A stretch of 64,000 nt of DNA, taken from contig BCGN01000003.1 in the NCBI GenBank assembly GCA_001599295.1, positions 1,612,001-1,676,000 on the forward strand, written 5' to 3'. Position numbers and translations under genes: made by a program. Within the stretch, counting starts at the first letter, position 1. Each line of letters opens with the position of its first letter. The notes under the pieces were generated by a model, which did no database searches, had not been told where the DNA came from, and was given only the letters and a program-made list of their open reading frames with translations. Positions 22,615-33,607 of the stretch are shown one piece after another. The stretch is from Sporopachydermia quercuum. Its lineage: Eukaryota.

Positions 22615-25600
22615 ATGGCTAAAAAGGATAAAGGCTCATCAAGGGCCTCTGCTAGCAATAACAGTAAGAAATCAAATAGTGCCAGTAATAAAGAAGCATT
22701 GAACAAAACGAAAGGAAAATCTTCTAACAATGACAGCAACGACAATCAAGGAATTCCTTTACAATCTAAACCAACAGCTAGAACACTGGTCTCATCATCA
22801 TCCAGTTGGACAGGCAAATTGCCATGTCAAATACTGCACGAACTATGCCAGAAGAACAAATGGGAAAAAGTAGAATATGACATGTGGGGTAACAACAGCA
22901 AAGGATTCACTTCGTCTGCGATTCTGAGTTTCAAAAATCCCAAAAATGGTGAAAAAGAAACAGTGAAACTAAGGACTGATTCAGATGTGGTTAAGCCTCA
23001 ACCAACACCAGTGGAAGCAAGGAATTATGCAGCAACTTATGCTTTACATCGTATAGCGTCGCATAAAAATCTTCAAATGATGCTTCCCCCACCGCATCGC
23101 GAAGTTTGGGTAAAATTGAATAAGCTGAAAGCTCAATTGCAAGCAGAGAATCTTGAAAAGTGTAGACTAATGTACACTGAAGATCCATTCAAAGCAGAGA
23201 GGGAAAGACAGAATAGCAGAGACAAGAAGAAGGAAATGCAGGAGAAAATGAAAGTTGACAAACCAAAGATGATAACGGTTGTTACTAGAGGAAGAGAACA
23301 AACTGAGAAGAAGGCCGGTGTTGACAAGAGTAAAAATGAGACATCAACAGTTAATACTAGTAGAAATATTGATGATAGTAAGAGTACTGCCGCATCAACA
23401 ACAACTGCGGCAATTACAACTACAACTACAACGACATCCTATTTACCCAGGTTTTCTAAAAAGGCTTGGGAAAATGCACCGATTTTCCATTTGGACCAAC
23501 AACTACGAACGTCAATAGAAAAGTTCATTAAACCTCAATTAAATCAAGTGTTTCATAAAGAAACAATTACTCCCAATTTGCAACAAGAAATAATCAGTGA
23601 GTTAGTGAAAGCAGGTTTTAGGGAATCCCATGTTAAAGAATCATTGCAATATACGTCATCATTAACACATGTTTTGGAATGGTTATTAATTCATGTTCCT
23701 GAAGATGATTTGCCGGAATCATTTATTGACTTCAATCCAGCATCGTCAATTACAGTCACAGGATTAGAATTAAAACATGAATATGCAGCAAGAAGACTGA
23801 ATGAATTAGGATATCCGTTAGTCAAATGCCGTGATGCAATAATTCAATCAAAAGGTGATGAATCATTAGCTGCTGAAATTCTATACAGAAGTCTTATTAA
23901 AGATGTTACTGATAAGAATGATGATACTACTGCTACTTCTGCTGATACTTCTACTGTTGACAGTGCCAGCATCTCAATTTGGAATGAAGAACTGACTGCT
24001 ATAAAGCAAATGTCACCGGATGATTATATTGATATTGTTAGTGAGACATCGGCAACTGTTAATTTAGACGCCCTGAATCTATCAAAAAACTTACTGCAAC
24101 TACAACTATACAAGTCAACGAATTATCCATCAACAATTGCAACGTTCGGCATTAAATTAAAAGACCCAACTAAATATAAATTTCCAAATTATATCAAATT
24201 AGAGATTTCTAAGCAATTAGCAGCTTACTTATATGATAATGGGTATATTGGAGATTCAGTGATCTATACAGCTATTTTGTGGCTACAAGAGAACGTTTAT
24301 AAGATCATTGAGAACCCTGGTAAACTAGTAAATATAAGTGGAGGACTAATTGGAAGAGAAATCAACGATAGAATCAAAGATGGGAATAAGACAAATGGCA
24401 ATAAGGCTAATAAGACCAGCAATGGCAGTAGAAACGGAAGCAACAAGAAATACAATAATTCAACTACCGCCAGCATTAATATTGGAGAAATAAGTAAGAA
24501 ATTAGCAGAGCTTGAGATAAACCCAATTTATGAAACAAGAAAAACATTGCCAGCTTGGAATAAACAAGAAGAAATAATCAATGCCATTGAAACCTCTGAA
24601 GTGACGTTAATCACTGGTGAAACTGGTTCAGGTAAATCAACACAATCTGTCCAATTTATTCTTGATAATTATTATAAAACAATAATCAGCAATAATAACA
24701 AAAACAGTATTAAATTACCGAAAATAATATGTACACAGCCAAGAAGAATTTCTGCAATTGGACTGGCTAAACGAGTCGCATGCGAAAGAAATAATAAATG
24801 CGGTGAAGAAATTGGCTACATTATCAAAGGAGAATCAAAAACCAGTATTAACTCGAAAATAATATTTGTTACAACTGGTGTTTTACTACGACTAATCCAA
24901 AACGATTTGGAAATTATGAAAGATAGTAATGATATCCTTGCTAATAGCAATAATAGTAAAAATACTCTATCATATTTATCATCGCTAACTCATATATTTA
25001 TTGATGAAGTTCACGAAAGATCCCTTGATAGCGATTTCTTACTGATATTATTGAAAATGTTACTGAAAAACTTGCCACATCTGAAAATTGTACTAATGAC
25101 AGCTACTGTTAATAAGGAGACATTTATCAATTATTTCAGCAATATCAAAATCAGGGATGCTACCAATAATAAAACTATAGTGACTAAAGTATCTCATGTC
25201 CATATTGAAGGAAGAACATTTCCTGTGGAAGACGTTTATTTAGATAGGATTATCAACCAGATCGATTATAAAATAACTCCGCCAAAGAAAAAGTCAAATG
25301 GAAGATTTGGAGACAACTTTGATAACAACGACAGTTTTGATAGTAGCCTTAATGGCAACAATGGTAATGATGATTTTATTACCCCATCCGCCAATTCTAA
25401 ATTCTTTAAATCTGGCTCCATTGACTATTCATTAATAGCTAAGCTTGTCAAACATATTGACAGTAATCTTATGAGCAATCAAGATCCAGGCTCAATTTTG
25501 ATATTTTTACCGGGAATCATGGAAATTAGTCAGTGCATCTCCTACATTAAATCAGTTTCTCCCAATATTAATACCATTCCTTTGCACTCTAATCTATCAT

Positions 25601-27282
25601 CTGATGACCAACAGAAAGTCTTTATTGCTAGTAAAATCANCAATAGGAAAGTTGTTGTTTCAACAAATATCGCTGAAACTTCAATCACAATTCCTGACGT
25701 GGTGGCAGTAATAGATTCTGGTAGAGTTAAGGAAATGCAGTTTGATTATAACGATAATGTTCATAAGTTGGTGGAAAAATGGTACTCAAAAGCTGAAGGT
25801 AAACAGCGGCAAGGTAGAGCTGGTAGAGTAAGAAGCGGTGTTTGTTATAAATTATATAGCAAGGACGTAGAAGAAGAATTGATGAGAGAGCAACCAATAC
25901 CAGAGATTCAAAGAACCAGACTTGAACAAGTATATTTGATGGCTAAGGGAATGGGGATAAGCAATGTAAATGAGTTTTTATTAAGGGCGATTGATGCGCC
26001 AAAAATTGATGCCATAATCAGTGCAAGGGTGTTTTTGCAAACTGTTGGGGCATTAGAAATTAACCGAAATGATGACGGAATCCTAACAAATCTGGGAAAA
26101 TATCTGTCAATGATACCAACAGATGTTAAAAGTGGGAAATTATTAGTGTATGGAGCAATTTTTGGCTGCCTTGATAGAATGTTAACTATTTGTAGTATAA
26201 TAAGTGGAAGATCACCGTTTATTAGCAGCAATAACAACAATAGCAGCAATTCCATTGATGTCAAACAGTTAATGTTGCAGAAATTCAATGGAATCAATGG
26301 GGGTGATTTAATCGCTGGTTCTTTCGCTTTTGATGAATACCTAAGACAAAAATACATCGAAAAGCTGAGCTCAAGCAGATTGAATAAATGGATNAATGAA
26401 AACGGTCTTTCTTTCCAATCTTTGCGTGATATTGAATCCTCACGATATCAGTTTCTGACAGTTTTACAAGAGATTGGCTTTGTAGATTTGAATTATAAGA
26501 TGGACAATGGAATCCAATCAACATTGAATAACGGAGGAAAAACTAATGTTGCTCTGAACAGAAACGATAGTGAAATAACAATAATTAAAGCAATTATTGC
26601 CGGCAGCTTTCTACCATCAATTGGAAAAATTGAAAGACCTGAAACAAAGTACATTTCTAGTTTTGCTGGTGCCATTGCTGTAAATGATGACTCGAATTTC
26701 ATAAAGGTTTTCATTAAAAATGATAATTATGATGGAAACCCTGCTAACAGTAATGGCATCACTACTGGAAATATTCCTGTTAATACTAACGGGAACAATT
26801 CTGCTAGCGCTAATGGTAACACGAATGCTAATTGCCCACCGAATTATCCGTCAACAAGAGCTTTCATTCATCCATCNTCATGTATTTTCATGAACAGAAT
26901 CAGTGAGAAGGAAAATTTCATCACTTATACTGAAAATCACGCAACTACAAAGAATTACCTGAAAAACATTACTCCTACAACTACAACGTCTTTACTTCTT
27001 TTCTCAAATAACGTTTCATACGATATTAAAGATATCATTAGGAATAATAATAGGAATAATAGGCTACCAGGATTGATAATTGATTCATGGATTCCAATTA
27101 AAACGTGGTGCAAGAATGGAGTTTTGTTAACAAGCTTGAGGAAACTACTGGATTATCAGATCGAAGAGCTGATTGATAATCCTGGTGAAAACAGGAACAA
27201 GAAAAGCACTAACATCGATAGCTCTATTAGTGAAAATGTTATTCAACTAGTTGAGAAAATTATCATCAATTCAGCTAGTTGA
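22615..27282 (+). CDS. DExH-box RNA helicase, DHX57/YLR419W/Ucp12 type, 1555 aa
   Basis: SWTGKLP N-domain, UBA-like LEWLLIHVPEDDLP, RWD-like region, GETGSGKST, TQPRRISA, DEVH, STNIAETSITI, QRQGRAGR; Asn-rich insertions. Confidence 0.92.
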   Translation: MAKKDKGSSRASASNNSKKSNSASNKEALNKTKGKSSNNDSNDNQGIPLQSKPTARTLVSSSSSWTGKLPCQILHELCQKNKWEKVEYDMWGNNSKGFTSSAILSFKNPKNGEKETVKLRTDSDVVKPQPTPVEARNYAATYALHRIASHKNLQMMLPPPHREVWVKLNKLKAQLQAENLEKCRLMYTEDPFKAERERQNSRDKKKEMQEKMKVDKPKMITVVTRGREQTEKKAGVDKSKNETSTVNTSRNIDDSKSTAASTTTAAITTTTTTTSYLPRFSKKAWENAPIFHLDQQLRTSIEKFIKPQLNQVFHKETITPNLQQEIISELVKAGFRESHVKESLQYTSSLTHVLEWLLIHVPEDDLPESFIDFNPASSITVTGLELKHEYAARRLNELGYPLVKCRDAIIQSKGDESLAAEILYRSLIKDVTDKNDDTTATSADTSTVDSASISIWNEELTAIKQMSPDDYIDIVSETSATVNLDALNLSKNLLQLQLYKSTNYPSTIATFGIKLKDPTKYKFPNYIKLEISKQLAAYLYDNGYIGDSVIYTAILWLQENVYKIIENPGKLVNISGGLIGREINDRIKDGNKTNGNKANKTSNGSRNGSNKKYNNSTTASINIGEISKKLAELEINPIYETRKTLPAWNKQEEIINAIETSEVTLITGETGSGKSTQSVQFILDNYYKTIISNNNKNSIKLPKIICTQPRRISAIGLAKRVACERNNKCGEEIGYIIKGESKTSINSKIIFVTTGVLLRLIQNDLEIMKDSNDILANSNNSKNTLSYLSSLTHIFIDEVHERSLDSDFLLILLKMLLKNLPHLKIVLMTATVNKETFINYFSNIKIRDATNNKTIVTKVSHVHIEGRTFPVEDVYLDRIINQIDYKITPPKKKSNGRFGDNFDNNDSFDSSLNGNNGNDDFITPSANSKFFKSGSIDYSLIAKLVKHIDSNLMSNQDPGSILIFLPGIMEISQCISYIKSVSPNINTIPLHSNLSSDDQQKVFIASKIXNRKVVVSTNIAETSITIPDVVAVIDSGRVKEMQFDYNDNVHKLVEKWYSKAEGKQRQGRAGRVRSGVCYKLYSKDVEEELMREQPIPEIQRTRLEQVYLMAKGMGISNVNEFLLRAIDAPKIDAIISARVFLQTVGALEINRNDDGILTNLGKYLSMIPTDVKSGKLLVYGAIFGCLDRMLTICSIISGRSPFISSNNNNSSNSIDVKQLMLQKFNGINGGDLIAGSFAFDEYLRQKYIEKLSSSRLNKWXNENGLSFQSLRDIESSRYQFLTVLQEIGFVDLNYKMDNGIQSTLNNGGKTNVALNRNDSEITIIKAIIAGSFLPSIGKIERPETKYISSFAGAIAVNDDSNFIKVFIKNDNYDGNPANSNGITTGNIPVNTNGNNSASANGNTNANCPPNYPSTRAFIHPXSCIFMNRISEKENFITYTENHATTKNYLKNITPTTTTSLLLFSNNVSYDIKDIIRNNNRNNRLPGLIIDSWIPIKTWCKNGVLLTSLRKLLDYQIEELIDNPGENRNKKSTNIDSSISENVIQLVEKIIINSAS

Positions 27283-27986
27283 TCAATGATTCTGGANACC
27301 TACATTACCGTCAGCTGGTGTAACAATTGACTTTTTTTTGGCAAGTATAATGAATAGCTAGCAGAAGGTTTCGTCCACTAGTGATGCAGTCCGGATTCTT
27401 TTGCTAAGATCCTTTCAAGATTCATTGATGATGCATACGAGCTTAGAAAGAATCAAACATGACCTTGTAGTTAAACTATTTGAGAGCCAAACCAATCATT
27501 AACGAGTGATTTTTCCTGATCTTGTTTCCTGAATACTACAAAATCAGCAAGCTGTGAAGTGATAACATGTATCAGGGTACCGCTTTACTTATAGTACTTT
27601 AAAAGCCATTTATTCTGAGAGACTATGACACTCATAGTAGANTCAACTCATATTGAATAGCTCGCCTTTATTGCTACTAGTAGAAGACCATGAGCTGTTT
27701 TATATCAGTATTGACAGTAATAACATTACAATAATATTAATAATATCCTACATCTAGCTTTCTTACACTTTTTTACCTTACAATTAACTTCACGTATCGT
27801 AGTATAATAATTAACCATTAAAAGGCTCATTCAAAGCTTTTAAACACCTATTGACAAAGAAAAGGAACAAAATAGAGTCCATTCATAAATCATTTAATCC
27901 ATTAAGAGCAAGAAAAAGAAAAAAGCTCATAAACTCATGCTAAAGNTTGCAACATAAATAATAGAAAACCCACCTTTCTGATACAT

Positions 27987-29555
27987 TTAATAAGTATATC
28001 TGAAAGAAGGATTCAAATCACCAGCAAGCTCCTTCTGTCTTTCAGTTAGTCTATCAAACTTCTCCTGTGGCAGTTCACTTGTTGATCTCTTCTTGTTATC
28101 TGTATAAATAACATAGAAATAAACAACACCAACAATGACAGCAAAACCAGTGAATCCAAGACCCAAACCAAACCCTTTCAAGTAATAAGGTGCATCTTCA
28201 GCCATAAATGAGAAGGTAGCAATGATACCACCAATATTACCAAAACCAATTTGCCAAGCAGTTCCAACAGATCTTCTTAAATGGCCGGAGAAGTTCATTG
28301 ATGTCCAGCAAATCAGAATTGGCATAGCAGTATATAAACCACTGGCAATCAAGAAACATGACGCATATCTTGCATTTATATCATTTTTATCACCTAGTAA
28401 GATAGCAAATCCAATAATACCAATTGTACAACAACCAACGAAAATAAGGAATCTATGCTTGATCAAATCGGAGAAAATAGCAATAACCATAGAGAATCCA
28501 AAACCGCAAATCCATGGGAAAACTGATTTCAATTGAGTTTGAACAGCTGAATAACCAAATGTTTTGACAATAGTTGGAGCAAAGTATGCATAACCATAAG
28601 CAGGGATAATCATACCGAAATAAGCTAAAGCTGCTAACCAGATTTTAACATCAGTGAAGACTTTAGCAATTTCTTTAACTGTGAAATCGATATGGTGTTT
28701 CGAATCACCAACGTCTAAACACAACTTTCTTTTGATGAATTCACGTTCATTGGCTTTCAAGAACTTAGCATCTTCAGGGAAATCAGCTAAAGTAAAGAAA
28801 AGTAGGATAGCACATCCACAAGTGATAGATCCTTCAATAATAAAAATCCATCTCCAACCTTCAATACCATGATTACCATCTAAGTTATTGATTCCATAAG
28901 CAATTAAACCGCCAAAGGCACCGGCAAGATTGGTTGAAGCGAAAAAGAAAGAGTATCTCTTTTGAGCCTCATCTCTTCTATACCACATAGCAAGTAAATA
29001 GAAACAACCAGGAAACATACCAGATTCAAAGATACCAAGTAAGAATCTTAGAGCCAACAAAGAGCCATAGTTATGAATAAAACCCATACCAATAGTAACG
29101 GCTCCGAATAATAAGATACAGCCGGATAACCAAACATGAGGTCTGAATTTCTTCAAAAAGTAGTTTGACACCAATTCGAACACAATATAAGGAACAAAAA
29201 AGATTGTTAATGCAACATTGAATTCATTACCTTTTAAATTCAGATCTTCAGCCATACCATAAATACGAGCATTTGAAATGTTTACTCGATCTAAGAAAGC
29301 TAGCAGGTATAATAAGCAGATTGAAGGAACCAAACATACATCAATCTTTAGCATTAGCTTTTTATGATTAACACCTAATTCTTGAGCAATCTTTTCGATT
29401 TCTGCCTTATGATCAACAACAGTTACTAGTTCGTAATTATTGTCATTACTTGCAGATGGTGACACTTTAGCCATGTCACTCTTTTCACCTAGGCCAGAGT
29501 TGACACTGGTAGAATCTGAAGCAACAGTAGTTGAGGGAATCGGACTTTCACTCAT
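27987..29555 (-). CDS. MFS transporter, Dal5/Tna1 (anion:cation symporter) family, 522 aa
   Basis: KID..LVP...LLYLLAFLDRVNISNA, RFLLGIFESG.FPG, WY...E...R, GWRWIFIIEG; first ATG at 29555 (track start is a non-ATG extension). Confidence 0.9.
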   Translation of the reverse strand: MSESPIPSTTVASDSTSVNSGLGEKSDMAKVSPSASNDNNYELVTVVDHKAEIEKIAQELGVNHKKLMLKIDVCLVPSICLLYLLAFLDRVNISNARIYGMAEDLNLKGNEFNVALTIFFVPYIVFELVSNYFLKKFRPHVWLSGCILLFGAVTIGMGFIHNYGSLLALRFLLGIFESGMFPGCFYLLAMWYRRDEAQKRYSFFFASTNLAGAFGGLIAYGINNLDGNHGIEGWRWIFIIEGSITCGCAILLFFTLADFPEDAKFLKANEREFIKRKLCLDVGDSKHHIDFTVKEIAKVFTDVKIWLAALAYFGMIIPAYGYAYFAPTIVKTFGYSAVQTQLKSVFPWICGFGFSMVIAIFSDLIKHRFLIFVGCCTIGIIGFAILLGDKNDINARYASCFLIASGLYTAMPILICWTSMNFSGHLRRSVGTAWQIGFGNIGGIIATFSFMAEDAPYYLKGFGLGLGFTGFAVIVGVVYFYVIYTDNKKRSTSELPQEKFDRLTERQKELAGDLNPSFRYTY

Positions 29556-31510
29556 GATGCAATCAATAGTTGATGGGAAATTATGATTATGATGCTGATG
29601 CTGATGATAGTAATAATACACAATTTTATGCAGAAGAAATAAAAGAATACGGCCAAAGAAAAGAAATATTCCTTTGAAATGCAATAGCGGCAGTTGAATA
29701 GAGCAACTATAGAAAGCAAACGAGCAAATTAGTATCTTAGGGAATGGATTTATTGAATTGTTCTTCCAACCTATTTAAATAAAATAATGAATGAGTAATA
29801 AATTTCTTCATTCGATACTTAAAACAGGATACTTTTCTCGGTTTAATTTTATTTCATTATTCTCTCCCCTTTCTTATGATGATAACTGAATTTATTATGT
29901 GGAGTAACTCTTAAATTCGAAGAAGGGTCTCATGATAAAAGTTTGAAAAGTTCCTAGTGAAATAAGCTTAAGATTTAATATCAAGGTTTCGGAAAATCTG
30001 GGGAAAGAAGCTAAACTCGAAATCGAACCATATTAGGAATTTCACATAAATTTTTCACTTCTCAACCTATGACAGTGGATAAAAACTCAAGATAGTTTAA
30101 TGTCATTTTTGATCAATTTGTGGGGTATAAATATAAGAAAAATCGAAATATTGGGTAGAAGAAGCGAAAAATGATATTAATTTGACAGCGGGAGCAATCG
30201 AGAAGTATGATTTTGAGAAGAACAAAAACACCGCTATGCCGAGACCCCAAGACTGACCTTTTTTCCCATTTAAACTCTTGGGTTGAATAAAGTTCCGAAG
30301 CTTCGAGCACTGTACCACGAATTTGAAGCGCTTTACCTGTAAAAAGCAATAATTAAGCGTATGCTTTGTTATTAGCATACGCCAAGAATCCCTAAAGGAA
30401 GGACGACAGTTAATCCGAATACCATCTCTTGACTAGAAAAGCAAGAAAGTTCATCAAAAGTTCCTTTGTTTGAAAAGTGATAGTTCTCATTGCTTGAATT
30501 TTTCAACAAAACGTTTCGCCGTTTGCTGTTTTTCCCTTTCACGCTGTCAATATTCAGCCCTTAGAGTNAGTCAACGTTGAAAAAGTAATACATAAGTGGG
30601 GCATCGGAGGGTCTGGCTTAGAATATGGATTGATATTTTATCTATCTTGCCGTATGTTATCTTGCCGCACCAATAATAACTTACTTTAAGTTTGAATCGG
30701 ATGGTTCAATTATGAGAACGTGAATATCATGTGGTAGATCAAACCCTATTACTTCTTAGTTCTCTGAAATAAGGTAGGGGTTTATGATTATGTAATCTAA
30801 AGGTAGTGAGAATTGTAAGATAGAAGGGTATTAATTACCAGTCATTTCATTTGAAGATTAGTAAAATGATTAGTGAATGAGAACAGCACAAGTTCAGAGA
30901 CTAATTCAGCATTCTTTAATAGATGTTATGTCAGATTTGGTTGATTTTTGCATACTCAAGAAGAATGATGAGAAAGGGTATAAAAAGAAGAGTATCAGGA
31001 CAATACAAAGAAACAAAAATAACCGTAGACAAATCCCTGGTAATAGTATACGGTTCTTAATAGTGCAAATTGTTAATTATCTTGACTCATGGCAAAAGAT
31101 TTTTCAGTCAGCCATTTCTTGAATGAATAACAGTGCCCACAATACTGTGGAGACCTCCCTTCAATGTACATCCTCGTATCTTATCTTTGTTGATATTAAC
31201 ACCAGAAAATGGAATAAGGATGTATAGCACAGCTCGACTAAGACTCCTAAATGTAATACTCTTTATCAAAAAGAAAGAAGAGAAAACAAATAATGAAACA
31301 ATAATCCCACTTGTGTATGCAATTCACCAACTGTTCACTAATTCCCTGTTGATACTTCGAAAGGGATAGCTATCTTTATATATATATCAATCAGAAAGGC
31401 ATCTCAATTTGAGCATAAAATTTCATCATATAATATCTAACCTTCTATAACCGAAATATATCGGTTATTGACGGTAACTAGCGGACAGCATTGATTTCTA
31501 CTCTAAGTTT

Positions 31511-31551
31511 ATCACGTGTGGTATCCCTAACCCTAATTATGAGTTACCCGG
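31511..31551. promoter_or_regulatory. Clustered general-regulatory-factor sites: Cbf1 ATCACGTG, Tbf1-like CCCTAACCCTAA, Reb1 TTACCCGG
   Basis: Three consensus motifs within 41 bp (31511-18, 31525-36, 31544-51), about 230-270 nt upstream of the ATG at 31782. Confidence 0.6.
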
Positions 31552-31781
31552 CTTCATATTTGTCAAAAAGTCATACAAACAAATTTTGTCACCAATCTCT
31601 CGCCTTCCCCTTTGTTTACTTCCTTTTGGTTTGTTTGTTATCCTTCCAATAAATAATCATCACACATCAACCCCCCCTAGATAGAAAAGTAGATTATTAT
31701 GAGAGGTTACCAATTGATTAGAAAATAAATATGATAAACTGAATTATTACACGAGCAATCAAGGACTTTTGTATACTCAAC

Positions 31782-32462
31782 ATGGAAGAACAAAGCGCTC
31801 ATCCAGAGATCTTACCCGAGCTTTTGGAAGCTTCAAAAGTAGCAGAAGAACTACAATTACCGTTACGACTAGATGCCAATGTTACTGAAGATAACAATGA
31901 TAATGAAGCTAACAAAATAGCTGATGATGGAAATGAAGAGCTTGTTCAGGATATTAATGAAAATGAAATACCCAAGAGAAGAAGAGTAGATCGGAAAAAT
32001 ATGACAAAGGAAGAGTTAGAAGCTGACTGGAAACGTCGAAGAGCTGAAGCTCAAAAGAGATACAGGTCTAAAGCATCGTCAATTGAAAGACGCAGAGAAC
32101 GTGATAAGAGAGACGATGTTAAAGATCGTGTCAAGAATTATAGAGCGCGCCCAGATGTAAAGGAAAGAATTAGGGATTATCGTCGTGAATACAAGAAGAG
32201 AGATTATGTTCGAGAAAAAAGGCGCGAAGAGAAGAGAAGATATAGAGAAAGGAAGAAGCAAGAGAAACTTGCAAATGAAGGTGTTGCTGCTGTAGCAGCT
32301 AAAGCAGTAGCTTTTGCAGCTGTGCAAGAAAAAGCTTTGAAAGATGCTGAAGAAAACCATGTCGGTAATGGTGATGTCAATGTTGCTGTAAATTCTGTTC
32401 AAATTGGTACTGATGATAAAGAGGATTTGGCCTTTTTGGATCCTTCCATTCAAGGAAAATGA
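31782..32462 (+). CDS. Hypothetical 226-aa protein with central Arg/Lys-rich helical region
   Basis: ATG ORF with typical codon usage, acidic ends, basic core, and a housekeeping-type promoter; family not recognised. Confidence 0.75.
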   Translation: MEEQSAHPEILPELLEASKVAEELQLPLRLDANVTEDNNDNEANKIADDGNEELVQDINENEIPKRRRVDRKNMTKEELEADWKRRRAEAQKRYRSKASSIERRRERDKRDDVKDRVKNYRARPDVKERIRDYRREYKKRDYVREKRREEKRRYRERKKQEKLANEGVAAVAAKAVAFAAVQEKALKDAEENHVGNGDVNVAVNSVQIGTDDKEDLAFLDPSIQGK

Positions 32463-32833
32463 TTAATCGTTCATTTCTGACTTATCTTGTTTGTTTATGA
32501 AGTGTAAATTTTTGTTACCGATTGTATTTTAGTTTGCTAATTTGTATTGCTCATATCTTTTGATTTAATGGTATAAAGAAATTTAGTGTTGAATGGCTGT
32601 AGGTTTGATGTTTTTGAATATGGATTTGATACCAGAGACAAACACACAATTTAGTTTTTCAATTATCATCATTTAGTCGTAATATATTCATGTTTTCTTA
32701 TATAGGTATTATATATAGTAAATTTTCTATTCATCTTTTGTATTGCTTTTGTCATAATCATCAACCAATAAAACGAGAAACCTCAAATATGAGCAAAATC
32801 AACGACATAATAATTCAGCGACCAATTTTCAAT

Positions 32834-33607
32834 CTATTCCATGTCACCAAAAACTCCTTGATCAGTTTCATCAGCACTATTGTCTTCTTTCACGGTCTCT
32901 ATTTCATACGAAGTGCTACCAAATCTTTTCCTTGGTTCTCGTTTCAACCCAGAAGATGGATCGGCAATTTTCCTGGGCGAATCCAAATATCCGCTCAAAC
33001 CTCTACATGTAAGACTTGGTAAAGAAGATGGAAATGGTGATCCCTTTGATCCTGAAATATCAGCTTCTTTCACAGCATTAGCGTCACTAACTTCATCTTC
33101 TTCATCGTCAGATGAAGGATTTGAACCGGACGAACCAGTCTCCAACTTGTCGTTCATAGAAATAAGAATTGAAGCGGCTTCTAATAATTGCACTTGTTGA
33201 TGCTTAGAGATTAATAACTTCTTGGTGACATTCCATTCAGGAGTGTGTTCCCAGAGATGTTTAGCAAGTGATGAAATGTGCTTATATCCTTTACCACATG
33301 CTTCACACTTCAACTCTTCCTTCAGACGGCCAGATTCACCTTCTGAAATTCTTCTAACAACAAAATCCCGTGATAGCAGAGGAACAGACGATGATAATAT
33401 TTCTGTATTGTTATTGGATGTGTGATTATTATGGCTATGGTTATGATGGTTATTGCTCAGACTAGAACTGGCACTTTGACGGTAAGGATAAACCGACCTC
33501 TGAGATGTAGTTGGAGGTATTGAATACGGCGATGGAGCCGTAATAGACCCACGCCTTGCAATATAATGATGTGAAGATGATGGTGAAGCTGAATAAGAGG
33601 ACGTCAT
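32834..33607 (-). CDS. Fungal single C2H2 zinc-finger protein, 257 aa
   Basis: CEACGKGYKHISSLAKHLWEH finger followed by the conserved-looking fungal motif KLLISKHQQVQLLEAASIL; RRGS PKA-type site near the N-terminus. Confidence 0.85.
   Translation of the reverse strand: MTSSYSASPSSSHHYIARRGSITAPSPYSIPPTTSQRSVYPYRQSASSSLSNNHHNHSHNNHTSNNNTEILSSSVPLLSRDFVVRRISEGESGRLKEELKCEACGKGYKHISSLAKHLWEHTPEWNVTKKLLISKHQQVQLLEAASILISMNDKLETGSSGSNPSSDDEEDEVSDANAVKEADISGSKGSPFPSSLPSLTCRGLSGYLDSPRKIADPSSGLKREPRKRFGSTSYEIETVKEDNSADETDQGVFGDME

Noticed and set aside
29556..29684. Track's 43-aa extension of the MFS transporter (likewise the HIS3, RSM10, ADE13 and ILV5 extensions)
   Set aside because: They start at TTG/GTG under bacterial-style ORF calling; homology begins at the downstream ATG.
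29700..30420. TPP riboswitch upstream of the MFS transporter; 9-bp hairpin GCGTATGCT/AGCATACGC at 30357-30382
   Set aside because: Conserved TPP aptamer motifs are absent; a lone 9-bp stem is within chance expectation.
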